Below, piece after piece: positions 32,249-46,611 of a DNA stretch of 64,000 nt. A model generated the notes under the pieces. That model ran no database searches. It was not told the DNA's origin and saw nothing but the letters and a program-made list of their open reading frames with translations. How positions within the stretch are numbered: position 1 is the stretch's first letter; every line of letters begins with the position of its first letter. The stretch is from Eledone cirrhosa. Lineage: Eukaryota. A program made the position numbers and the translations under genes. The DNA lies in assembly GCA_964016885.1 (NCBI GenBank), contig OZ024753.1:6076001-6140000 (forward strand), given 5' to 3'.

Positions 32249-32266
32249 TACGGCTGATACTTAAAT
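32249..32266 (+). CDS. Candidate 18-nt micro-exon (paralog at 52128-52145)
   Basis: tttcatttctcacttttAG | tacggctgatacttaaat | GTAAGT; only the phase-1 frame is open (xRLILKx). Confidence 0.4.
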
Positions 32267-32465
32267 GTAAGTATGTATACGTACATACATATATGTATAC
32301 AGTAGTATGTATATATATATATATACATACATGCACACATATATATATGTATGTATGGCTTTACCGAACATTTATTATAATGTTCGGTTTGTTTGTAAAT
32401 AAACAGCCCGAATTAAGCAGTACAGTGTTCGGCAACTATCGTCGCCCATACTTATATATATATAT

Positions 32466-33691
32466 ACTATAAAGTAAAGTATGTCCATAGAATCATTTGG
32501 TAATATATATACATCATTTCCTCTCCCAATTAGCATAATTAACCACACAAAAATCAATTAGACCAGGCTATAAGATAAAAAGGCACCTATGAAGGAACAG
32601 TAAATAAATAAACGATAGCAGCCTCTTCGCGGCCAACCGCTATAGAATGTTTACCAAACATTTCAAAAGCACGTGGAAACTAATTAAATTATATGGTCCA
32701 CCATACACAATTAGGTATAAAATTAAAGTTAGACATGCTTATATACATACCAGAATGACATCCCGACCCTTGGGTTTCGATCTCATTTTGAGATATCCTA
32801 TAAGGATAAATCTCGAGTTTCGATTATTAAATATAAATATTTACATATAAACCAATTAAACAAAGTCACAGATATATGTGTTTTGGCAACCATTCACGAT
32901 GTGGCTCAATGAAGAATTAATAAATTAAATAATCAGAGCAATATACTATAAAGTAAAGTATGTCCATAGAAACACATATATATATCTGTGACTTTGTTTA
33001 ATTGGTGTATATTTAAATATTTATATTTAATAATCTCCCATAAGGTTGAGATGCAATGTAGGCAATATTGGGCTGCGCTTTCTAGCAACCAACCCACTCG
33101 CCGTAAGCAACCAATCACACTCTTTCTGACTTGACCACTGCCACGTCACAGTTCTTAACCATTTTGAATTCGTCTTTGGCGGGGGCCACTTCAGAAAATA
33201 ATCTGGTCTAGCGAGTTTGTCCCCTGAAGAGTCGAAACTCGAGATTTATCCTTATAGGATATCTCAAAATGAGAACGAAACCCAAGGGTCGGGATGTCAT
33301 CTTGGTATGTATATAAGAATTTCTAACTTTAATGTTATACCTAATTGTGTATGGTTGACCGTATATTTAATTAGTTTCCACGTGCTGTTGAAATGTTGGG
33401 TAAATATTCTATAGCGGTTGGCCGCGAAGAGGCTGCTATCGTTTATTTATTTAGTGTTTCTTCATAGGTGCCTTTTAATGTTATAGCCTGGTCTAATTGA
33501 TTTTTTATGTGGTTAATTATGCTAATTGGGAGAGGAAATGATGTATATACATTATCAAATGATTCTATGGACATACTTTACTTTATAGTATATTGCTCTG
33601 ATTATTTAATTTATTAATACACATTGAGCCACATCATGAATGGTTGCCAAAACACATATATATTTGTGAGTTCGTTTAATTGGTGTATATG

Positions 33692-33700
<9 letters not shown>
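32466..33700. mobile_element. Nested inverted-repeat complex of an HHR-bearing (PLE pLTR-like) element
   Basis: 32466-32823 is the reverse complement of about 33232-33592 (imperfect). 32830-32970 is the reverse complement of 33565-33697, and 32970-33037 is a further inversion. (TA)n lies at both outer ends. Confidence 0.8.
33219..33295 (+). ncRNA. Type I hammerhead with extended stem II
   Basis: gtccc CTGAAGA g..ctcgagatttatcc-ttata-ggatatctc..gagaac GAA accc-aa-gggt C gggat; cleavage triplet GUC. Confidence 0.72.
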
Positions 33701-33738
<38 letters not shown>

Positions 33739-34168
33739 TACACAATAATCAAAGTTATGTTCAAATCATTTTATTGCTGACAATTGTTTCTTCCAAACTT
33801 TCGTTTGGAGTCATCGCAGCACATATAGTTAACCTCCTATTCAACTGAACAATCATGTAGATACATGGATTTTAAAGCTGTCAACAAAGTTTCGTATTTA
33901 CAGAGTGGAATGGATGCGACATATATTACAAGAGAATTGTACAGTAATTGAAATTAAAAAGCACAGTGAAATGCATGCGACAGATATTACAAGGGAATAG
34001 TATAATAATTAAAGCGGCATTAAGGAGAAACGTTACTCGTAAAATGAGGACACCAGCAGTACATATGCAAGCGTGTAGAGAGTGAAAATGCGTTAGGCAT
34101 ATATAGGAAGGAGACAAGCAATGGTACTAGGCATATATAATTACTGTATGGCAAAGGTATCACATATG

Positions 34169-34210
<42 letters not shown>

Positions 34211-34710
34211 TACAGACACAGAGAATTATAGTTGTATTCAGTTTCTGTTAGTGTAATCAATTGTTTTAGAGTGATTAGGTAACAGTAGTGGTTTACTCAA
34301 CGGTCGTATTATATCGTTTGGTATATCCTGTGGTAGTTCCACTATATGTAACAATCTATAGAGTATATATAGAAGTTACAAAAACATATTATTTACAATA
34401 CCACAAAAGAGTGAGAAAATATTTTATTACATAACACGGGCACGTGTTTCTTTGTGTATGTTACATAGTCATTCTAGGATCGCTAATATTTGACTAATTC
34501 AATTAAATTAAATCTAATTACTAAAACATTATGAAAACAACACATTTTCAACGTGGATTACACTTTGTACATATTTTATATTTATAATCTACATATAAAT
34601 ATATCCCTTAAACCGTTCGACTGTGGGATTACATCGCCCAGGATAAGTGACCGGTCCTGCGCATGTGTATTTATACGGTTGTTTTTCCTTTTCCGTACAA
34701 CTTCACTCAG

Positions 34711-34753
34711 ACCGAGCTGAGGATCCGTATGAGGTGAAACATTTGTTCACGGT
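34711..34753 (+). ncRNA. Hammerhead-like motif, slightly decayed
   Basis: accgag CTGAGGA tccgtatgaggt GAA aca-tt-tgt T cacggt. Stem I pairs 5 of 6 bp and stem II is weak; (TA)n follows about 30 nt downstream. Confidence 0.5.
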
Positions 34754-34779
34754 ATGGTGAACTAACTTTTGTGGAACTA

Positions 34780-34851
<72 letters not shown>

Positions 34852-34854
34852 CAC

Positions 34855-35008
34855 AACGGAGGAGTTGTACTAAGGAACCAGATGGACCATCACGCACCAG
34901 AGTACTCAATACTTAGAGTAGTAGAGTGGGTAATAGGAGAAAGTCTTTAGTCCAGAAATAGCCGTCGAAACGGCTTGAGCTCTGCCGTCGGTGTCATACT
35001 TTCTCCTA
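34855..35008 (-). mobile_element. Family B short element
   Basis: Near-identical architecture to 14646-14792; internal inverted repeat TAGGAGAAAGT...ACTTTCTCCTA. Confidence 0.65.
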
Positions 35009-35333
35009 TATATATATATATATATGTACGGGTGGGGTATGTACATGCACAGAAACACACCATATACATAATACATGGTTCGGTAGAAAATCCTTCTACA
35101 TCATGGCCCATAAAAACAACTAGAAATTCATAATCGTTAATGAAATACACATTTGTCAGTGATAGTAATATTTGTTTTATTTCGTGAATTGTTCGTAATA
35201 TTTCTGAGCATGAACATTTTAACTGATTAGCGTAATTAAATATTACCCCATATCGCTCCATTACTGCAAAGCCATTCGCGTGGACAACAATAGTAAATGT
35301 TGTTTAAACACTGTGTTTATATACATACATACA

Positions 35334-35377
<44 letters not shown>

Positions 35378-37171
35378 TATAAACACACAGACACACAAGT
35401 ATATATGCATACATACAAAAACTTAACAATATATTAATTGGATTTAAAAAACTGCATGAAAACACATAAAATAAGAAAAGGGAGGAAAATAAGTGGAAAG
35501 GGGAAGAAAGGAAACAGCATGGAGAATACGAAATAGCATGTTTAGGAACAAGGAAATGACAGATATTGAAAATAAAATACTAAATGAAAGGATGAAGAAA
35601 ATGAAATGAAGATTATGAAACAATGAACATTTCTTGTAGTCTTCAGAACATCATTCTCATACAATGGCTATAGCTTTTATGATTATCAGTAGGAAACTCC
35701 AGATTATGGAAGACATGCTAGTGGAAGACACAGGAAAATATGGAACTGATCATACTCATACTACTGACGACCAGAAATGAAAATATAATGTAAAAGCAAA
35801 ACAAAAAGATCAATGATTAAAAACAAAACCAGTAAACGTGTATACATATGCTGCATAAATGGATGATAGATGTGTTAACTCTGTTAATATAGAGTACACA
35901 CAGTCACATACATCAATAGAAGTAAATCATAAAATTAATAAAAAATGTATGTGCTGAATCATTTCACTATAATACATAAAGCTAATTTCTTTCAGTGAGC
36001 TCATTTGTCACAAGAGAGGAGATAATCAATTGTGTCGCTGTAACAATAACATAAAGAAACGAATGGAGAAACAGGATGTGTAATAGAGATGTATCGAGTG
36101 GCTATAGTGAAGAAATAATTATGAAAATACGAGAATTGGCGTAAGCCGCTCTATTGATGGTTGACATATAAAAAGAAAAATAATAAAGATACTCTAGAGA
36201 ATGGAAATAGGATAGGAGATATTTAGTTTCTAGAGAGGGGGAACGTAAACACAGACATGTAAAAATGCTGTAATTTCAAGGAAATTGGGGAAATGCAAAC
36301 ATTGAAGTGTAGAGAAACAAAGTAAAAAAAGAAATAGAAGATAGTGATACAAATAACGTCGGTGAAACGTTAGGTAACCCATTGTGCTTCTTTAACAAAC
36401 AAAGGTAAAATGAGGAAGAGAATGGTGAGAATGAAGGAAAGTGTTAAGAAAATAGATGGCTGCTTATAAAGAGCAATGCACTGTCAAAAGTGGGCCTAAG
36501 ATACGCAGGAAATATTAAAAGAAAAGTTAGAATATAACGAAACAAAAGAAAACAAACGTACAAAATACATTAATAACTAAAATATAATAATAAAAAAAAT
36601 TAGAACTGAAGAAATGATTAATAATAATATATGAAAAACAATGATTAATAATAATAACAATAATGTATGAAAAACAAACTAGTTAAACGCTGAAACAAGG
36701 AAGGAAGGAAAGAGGAAGCACCAAACCTCACAGAAAGTGAGATTAAAATTCGGATTTAATAAAATACTTAGGAATTTAGAATTACTAACACATTTTCGTA
36801 AAACATCTTTAACTACAAAAATATAATTGTTTCTACTTTTGGCACATAGCCAGCAATTATTCCAGTACGTTACTTGTACCTTATCTGCCAATCCACTACT
36901 AAGATATAACAACAAGCAGGTAGATTTAGAATTTTAATTTGTAGATCAAACAATTAGGGGCAGTTGAGGGGAAAACGAAGCTGATCTTCTATGAAAAAGT
37001 TAGAAATATGTGAAGAAAAATATTTCCGCTGAAAATACTTGTGTATAAATGAAAAGAGAATAAAAGCTTAGAATATGAAAGAGAAGTAACCAAAAGTGAG
37101 ATCTCAATTAGATTCCATTGTCTTTTCATGTAAGAAAATAAATTATTATATATTAATTTAACAATGAAAAT

Positions 37172-37256
37172 AATGTTCTACTTTTGACACAAGGCCAAAA
37201 CATATACCAGTGCATTACTGGTACTTTATATTATCAACCCCGTCAGGATGAAATGC
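37172..37256 (-). mobile_element. SINE family 1 partial copy
   Basis: CACAAGGCC...CAGTGCATTACTGGTACTTTA..ACCCCGTCAGGATGAAA. Confidence 0.7.
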
Positions 37257-37899
37257 AACAACAAAATCAAGTTATATTACCTATTCATATCATTGTGTTA
37301 CGTTCGTTTCGGAGGGTGGCTTATATTGACATATTTACTGATCTATAGCAGTTATATAACTGTATACTATCAGACTTCATATATAGATTTGATCAGAACG
37401 TCTTCTTCGGAACCAATCTGGAGATGTCACTGGATTACTCGCCATCAGATTAAATTGAGTTCTATCTACGGTACGGACCGTACCACGATTGGTAGACCAC
37501 ATTGTAAGAAAATAAATGAATTTTACACCAAAAGTCGAAAAATGTGAACCCTCGAGAATGTGTATTTGCTAAAGTATTTTATATTAAAAGGGAGAATAAA
37601 ATAAAAAGTATAAACATGAGAACTAGAAATGTATTCTACTGAAGTGATAAACTACAACACCATCGATGTTTGTCTCTCAAGGAAGCATTAGTGGAGATGG
37701 AACCAAAGAATCGGGGTAATTACTTTAATAAATATATAGTATGTATATATAACATACATATATAATATATATTTTATATATATATGTATATATAACACAA
37801 ACACATATATATAATCTCGTGAAATTTACCTGCCCTATATATATATATATATTTTATATATATTTATATATAACATATATATATATAAATATATAATAT

Positions 37900-39780
37900 A
37901 TATCTATATATAACCTATATATAAATATATATAACATATAAATAAATATATAAATATATATAACCTATATATAAATATATATATAACCTATATATAAATA
38001 TATATATATAACCTATATATAAATATATATATATATAACCTATATATAAATATATATATAACCTATATATAAATATATATATAACCTATATATAAATATA
38101 TATATAACCTATATATAAATATATATATAACCTATATATAAATACATATATAACCTATATATAAATACATATATAACCTATATATAAATACATATATAAC
38201 CTATATATAAATACATATATAACCTATATATAAATATATATATAACCTATATATAAATATATATATAACCTATATATAAATATATATATAACCTATATAT
38301 AAATATATATATAACCTATATATAAATATATATATAACCTATATATAAATATATATATAACCTATATATAAATATATATATAACCTATATATAAATATAT
38401 ATATAACCTATATATAAATATATATATAACCTATATATAAATATATATATAACCTATATATAAATATATATATAACCTATATATAAATATATATATAACC
38501 TATATATAAATATATATATAACCTATATATAAATATATATATAACCTATATATAAATATATATATATAACCTATATAAATATATATATATAACCTATATA
38601 AATATATATATATAACCTATATAAATATATATATATAACCTATATAAATATATATATATAACCTATATAAATATATATATATAACCTATATAAATATATA
38701 TATATAACCTATATAAATATATATATATAACCTATATAAATATATATATATAACCTATATATAAATATATATATATAACCTATATATAAATATATATATA
38801 TAACCTATATATAAATATATATATATAACCTATATATAAATATATATATATAACCTATATATAAATATATATATATATAACCTATATATAAATATATATA
38901 TATATAACCTATATATAAATATATATATATATAACCTATATATAAATATATATATATAACCTATATATAAATATATATATATAACCTATATATAAATATA
39001 TATATATAACCTATATATATATATAACCTATATATAAATATATATATATAACCTATATATAAATATATATATATAACCTATATATAAATATATATATATA
39101 ACCTATATATAAATATATATATATATAACCAATATATATATATAACCTATATATAACCTATATATAAATATATATATATATAACCTATATATAACCTATA
39201 TATAAATATATATATATATAACCTATATATAAATATATATATATATAACCTATATATAAATATATATATATATAACCTATATATAAATATATATATATAT
39301 AACCTATATATAAATATATATATATAACCTATATATAAATATATATATATAACCTATATATAACCAATATATATATATAACCTATATATAACCTATATAT
39401 AAATATATATATATAACCTATATATAAATATATATATATAACCTATATATAAATATATATATAACCTATATATAAATATATATATAACCTATATATAAAT
39501 ATATATATAACCTATATATAAATATATATATAACCTATATATAAATATATATATAACCTATATATAAATATATATATAACCTATATATAAATATATATAT
39601 AACCTATATATAAATATATATATAACCTATATATAAATATATATATAACCTATATATAAATATATATATAACCTATATATAAATATATATATAACCTATA
39701 TATAAATATATATATAACCTATATATAAATATATATATAACCTATATATAAATATATATATAACCTATATATAAATATAT
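37900..39780. repeat. ~23-27 bp minisatellite TAACC(TA)nAA(TA)n
   Basis: Dozens of tandem AACCTATATATAAATATATATAT units. Confidence 0.95.
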
Positions 39781-40489
39781 ATTATATATATATATTATAG
39801 ATATGTATATTATATATATATATTATAGATATGTATATTATATATATATATTATAGATATGTATATTATATATATATATTATAGATATGTATATTATATA
39901 TATATATTATAGATATGTATATTATATAGATGTATATATATTATAGAGATGTATATATATTATATATATCAATATATATTATAGAGATGTATATATATTA
40001 TATATGTCAATATATATTATAGAGATGCATATATTATATATAAATATATATTATATATATGTATATATTATATATAAATATATATTATATATATGTATAT
40101 ATTATATATATAAATATATATTATATATACAAATATATATTATATATATATATATATATATTATTTATACAAATATATATTATATATATATATATATATA
40201 TTATTTATACAAATATATATTATATATATATATATATATATTATACATATAAATATATATATAAATTGTATATATAATATATATATGTATATATATTATA
40301 TTATATATTATATTATATATATATATATTATATATATATATTATATTATATATATATATCATAAATATGCATACAAATATGTAATATATATATATAATAT
40401 ATGAATTTCGTCAAATCGGACCGAGGGAACAATGTTTCCGTTGGTCTTTCCAATTGCTAATACTATCTATCGGTCGCAACTCCAGGTAG

Positions 40490-40610
40490 AAGGAGCAACG
40501 TGAAATAAAGTGTCTTGCCCAAGGACATAACGCATCGCCTGGTCCAGGAATCGAACTCATAACCTTACGATTGCGAATCCAATTCTCTAACCACTCAGCC
40601 ACACGCCTTC
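40490..40610 (-). mobile_element. tRNA-derived SINE (family 2)
   Basis: RC AGGCGTGTGGCTGAGTGGTTAGAG...GAGTTCGATTCCTGG has A- and B-boxes. Confidence 0.8.
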
Positions 40611-41186
40611 ACATTTATATATATATATATATATACATAACTATATATATATATTATATTATATATATATATTATATTATATATATATATATTATATTAT
40701 ATATATTATATTATATATATATATATTATATATTATATTATATATATATATATATTATATTATATATATATATTATATATTATATTATATATATATATCA
40801 TAAATATATATCATAAATATGCATACAAATATGTAATATATATATATAATATATGAATATACTCTATATTTTCATATTAGGTCCTTATAGAACTATAAAT
40901 AATTCAGATTGATGGCATTGCATAAATGTAAATAGTTAAGTGATGAATAAATATATCAGTTGATAAGCAAAACCTATACGATGAAGTGTGATAAAGTTGA
41001 TAAAAAGTGACATAAGCAAGCGGTCGTATGGTGTGGTGGCATACGACAGCAGAACCGCCTCCCTCTCTCTCTGTGTGTGCGTTAGAGTGAAAGAGACAGA
41101 CAGAGAGAGAGTGAAAGATATAGATTTATAAAGATATACACATTGGCAAATGGATATATAGATAGATAGATAAATAGGTAGATAGT

Positions 41187-41245
<59 letters not shown>

Positions 41246-42224
41246 TAGAGAGAGAGAGATCTTGTGATAAACATACTTGAATAGAAAGTGAGATAATTTG
41301 ACCGTCAGATGGAGAAGGAATGAAAATATAGAGTGAACGATAGAATACATGAGGTAGCGAGGCTGAAGAAGTGATGGGTCATTTTAATTGATTTCTTCGT
41401 AACGATAAGTTTGGCGGATGAAGAGAATTAGGTGTAAACGAAGGAGTCAAATGACAAGCAAACATGTGTAATTGACATTCTCATAATTTTTAAAGTAGAA
41501 CATATTCAAATTAAAATTGAATACATCATGAAATATTCATAACAAATAGTTATGGTGAAGGGTCCAGGAAATTATATACAAACTAATTCAGTGATATATT
41601 TGCTTCTTCGTATGTATAAATCTCTCTTCGCCCACCCACCCTTTTTCTCTATCTTTCACACGCATTCACATATACACACACAAACACACATGTATGTATG
41701 TATGTATGTATATATATATATATATATGCATATATATAAGATTATTTGAATCGATAATGATCCTGCCATTTCATGAGGCCTCAATTTATAAAACTTCTGA
41801 AAGAGACGAAGGAAGGGAAAATTTAATTGGAATGATCTCTGTTTTTCAAAAGCAGCCATAATGATTTACTACTTCAGAGAATAGTGCACAGCAATTTCAA
41901 CTATATTGAGGAACAGAATATTACGACACATTGGTACAACCTCATAAATTCTCAAGAATATAATTAGTTTATTTTGAAATATTTCTACTGCTTCCATTCC
42001 GTTCGCAACACAGAATCACCCATCGTTTTTCTAATCCTCAATTCGCAGTCACCAGCTAACGATTACCCTTGCAGCAGTTTGTTCTTGCCCGAGCAAACAA
42101 TTTTGCATGTTTTTGCCGTTGATATTGGGGCGTAATATGTTAGAAATGTGTAGTATTTGAGGCGAATCATCGTTATGCATGGAAGTGTATGCTTGAAGAC
42201 TATTTGAGATATCAAGAATGGTTT

Positions 42225-42816
42225 CTGATTTAGGCACTTGGCCAACAATTTTTGTGGAGAGGAAAGTCGATTAAATCGACTCCAGTGCGTGACTGGTACT
42301 TTATTTTATCGACCCCATAAAGATGAAAGGCAAAGTTAACCTCGGAAGGATTTGAACTCAGCCTGTAAAGGGACGTAATTCTATGCTGGAAATCATGGCG
42401 TCCTACTCTCTACCGATACTGCCAATCCATTGCCCTATTATCAATAATAATAATTGTTTCTACTTTAGGCACAAGGCCAGCAATTACCCAGTGCATTACT
42501 GGTACTTTATTTTATCGACCCGTAAGGATGAAAGGCAAAGTTAACCTAGGCGGGATTTGAACTCAGAATGGCAAGGGCCGTAACTCTATGCATCAAAGCA
42601 TGGCGTCCAACCCTCTACCGATACTGCAAATTCAATAATACTGATCTCTAGTATAGGCACAAGGCCAGTGAATTGGGGGGAGGGGAAAGTCGATTAAATC
42701 GACCCCAGTACATGACTGGTACTTTATAAGGATGAAAAGCAAATTTAACCACAACGTAATTCTATGCTAGAAATCATGGCATCCGACTCTCTACGGACAC
42801 TGCCAATCCACTGCCC
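42225..42816 (-). mobile_element. Three head-to-tail SINE family 1 copies
   Basis: Core repeated near 42290, 42500 and 42715. Confidence 0.85.
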
Positions 42817-43110
42817 ATTTATCAATATTAATGATTTCTTTGTTGGGCATTAGGAATAAGAAGAGAGAAACCTGTAGGCGAATCATCTCTGTTATAAATG
42901 TTATTAGAGTTTCATTATATTACCAGAGAATATTATCTTCTGAATTATTACTAATTCAACATATAGATATTTTGTATTTTTTGTTATGCCCGAACGGCAA
43001 ATTGTTCAACAGTTAGAATACAAATTAAAATGATCTCCGTATGGGGGAATGAATAAAGAGAACGTATATCAGGTTTGGTTAAGGAAATTGATATTAAACA
43101 TGAAAATAAT

Positions 43111-43142
<32 letters not shown>

Positions 43143-43503
43143 TATTTGGATTTTAGTCTTCAAATTTATTATTGTTACTATATATATATATATATTTATA
43201 TATCAGATTTTCGTATTTATTCTGTACTTATACGAAGCGAAAATATTAAATTTAATGAAACTAAAACAAATTTTAAATACCGTGTTCATATTTTCCTCTG
43301 AGCTTTCTCGTCAAGTTTCTGATTCCACTTGATTAACCATTCATCAAAAGTATTCATCTATTTAGAATAGACCGTAGGATAAGTAAATTAATCATATTAT
43401 CGAATTGTATAAAACTAACTGTTAATATGACATTAGTTAATTTTTATTACAAACTGAACATGTTTTGTTTGAAAGAATGTAGAGTCTGTCATTAATGCGA
43501 TTG

Positions 43504-43583
<80 letters not shown>

Positions 43584-43588
<5 letters not shown>

Positions 43589-43728
43589 CTGAAGACGGCG
43601 TATATATGTGTTAGGTATGTATATTTAATCTTGATAATTTGTATAATTTTGTATAATTTTGTACATAGATCTGTTGAATATGCATACCAATTATAACACA
43701 TATATACCCTAGAAACGATCGTTAAATA
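43584..43728 (+). ncRNA. Type I hammerhead with ~115-nt stem II hairpin
   Basis: tattt CTGAAGA c-gg-c-gtatatatgtgtta-ggtatgtatatttaa...ttgaatatgcatacc-aatta-taacacatatatac-cc-ta GAA acgatcgt T aaata. Confidence 0.68.
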
Positions 43729-43918
43729 ATGAACTTTTTTTGTTTAATATAAGGAATTGTTTATTCATTATTTGTTTAATATTTTATCTTGACTCTGTAT
43801 ACCGTTTATCTTTCACCGAAAGTGGATTTTCATTACATCTCTTCTTTCCATGATATCCGGAATACATTGAGTTCTTCATACGGATTGGACACTACCGTAA
43901 ACTCTTGGTAGATTTATC

Positions 43919-43950
<32 letters not shown>

Positions 43951-43953
<3 letters not shown>

Positions 43954-44147
43954 GTTATTCCGGGTTGAATCGGAGGTAACCACAGTAAGTAGGGTACTCA
44001 ATACATTGCAGAGTATAAAAGTTTTAATATAGATGAGATTCTACAGGACTAGAACTGTTTCATTCTTTAGAAATCATCAGGATTCCTGATGATTTCTAAA
44101 GAATGAAACAGTTCTAGTCCTGTAGAATCTCATCTATATTAAAACTT
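43951..44147 (-). mobile_element. Family A palindromic HHR element (tail on minus strand)
   Basis: A ~62-bp-arm palindrome spans 44019-44147. It is nearly identical to 56665-56862 in the opposite orientation, with (TA)n flanks. Confidence 0.85.
44081..44129 (+). ncRNA. Type I hammerhead ribozyme (mirror copy on minus strand 44037-44085)
   Basis: gattc CTGATGA tttct-aa-agaat GAA acag-ttctagtc-ctgt A gaatc. Confidence 0.82.
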
Positions 44148-44333
44148 ATATATATATTATATATATATGTGTGTGTGTGTGCGTGTATATATAAATGTGT
44201 GTTTGTATATATAAATATATGTGCTTGTATATATATATATGTATATATATATATATGTATATATATACATATGTATGTATATGTATATATGTATATATAT
44301 ATATATGTATATATATATGTATATATATATATG

Positions 44334-44380
<47 letters not shown>

Positions 44381-44403
44381 GTATATATATATATGTATAT
44401 ATG

Positions 44404-44450
<47 letters not shown>

Positions 44451-44451
44451 G

Positions 44452-44578
<127 letters not shown>

Positions 44579-44688
44579 GTATATATACATATATATATAT
44601 GTATATATGTATATATATATATATGTATATATGTATATATAAATATGTATATATGTATATGTATATATGAATATGTATATATATATAA

Positions 44689-44801
44689 CTGTTTCTACTT
44701 TAGGCACAAGGCCAGCAATTCACCAGTGTATTACTGGTACTTTATTTTATCGACCCCGTAAGGATGAAAGGCAAAGTCAACCTCGGCGGGATTTGAACTC
44801 A
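44689..44801 (-). mobile_element. SINE family 1 partial copy
   Basis: Core sequence. Confidence 0.8.
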
Positions 44802-45193
44802 TGTATATATATAACGGCGATGAATTAGCTTTGCGAGGTTTTTTATGTGAAATCGTGTCGTAACAAATATTGTTATACTTGGGGAGGGTCATATTTGTGT
44901 AATAATATTGCCATGAATATGTATATATATATATATATATATATGAATGTATATATGAATATGTATATATGTATATATGAATATGTATGTATATATGTAT
45001 GTATATATGTATATGTATATATGAATATGTATGTGTATATGTATATATGAATATGTATGTATATATGTATACGTATATATGAATATGTATGTGTATATGT
45101 ATATATAGGAATATATATGTATATGTAAATATGAATATGTATGTGTATATGTATATATGAATATGTATGTGTATATATGAATATGTATGTATG

Positions 45194-45254
<61 letters not shown>

Positions 45255-45342
45255 GTATATATATATATGTATATATATATATGTATATATATATATGTAT
45301 ATATAATATAAGATCAAAAGATGGTTAAAGGAGTTCAATATA

Positions 45343-45409
45343 TTTTATTATGCGCATTTCAAAAACAAACATCATCAAACAATAATATTTGTGTTTTCAT
45401 CAGATAAAA
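45343..45409 (-). ncRNA. Minimal type I hammerhead ribozyme
   Basis: RC: ttttat CTGATGA aaaca...tgttttt GAA atgcgcat A ataaaa. Stem I is a perfect 6 bp and stem III is the palindrome ATGCGCAT. Confidence 0.8.
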
Positions 45410-45469
45410 CAGGAGAACATGATATGAAGGCTAAAAAAACACTTGTTGATAGTGCAATTTTAAATCAAC

Positions 45470-46611
<1,142 letters not shown>

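Noticed and set aside
37290-37420. Minus-strand CCGAAGA...GAAACGAACGTA with internal hairpin
   Set aside because: The core is mutated and stem I pairs poorly.
40530-40610. tRNA gene
   Set aside because: It has A/B boxes but continues into a SINE body, and the acceptor stem is imperfect; treated as a SINE head, as are the family 1 heads.
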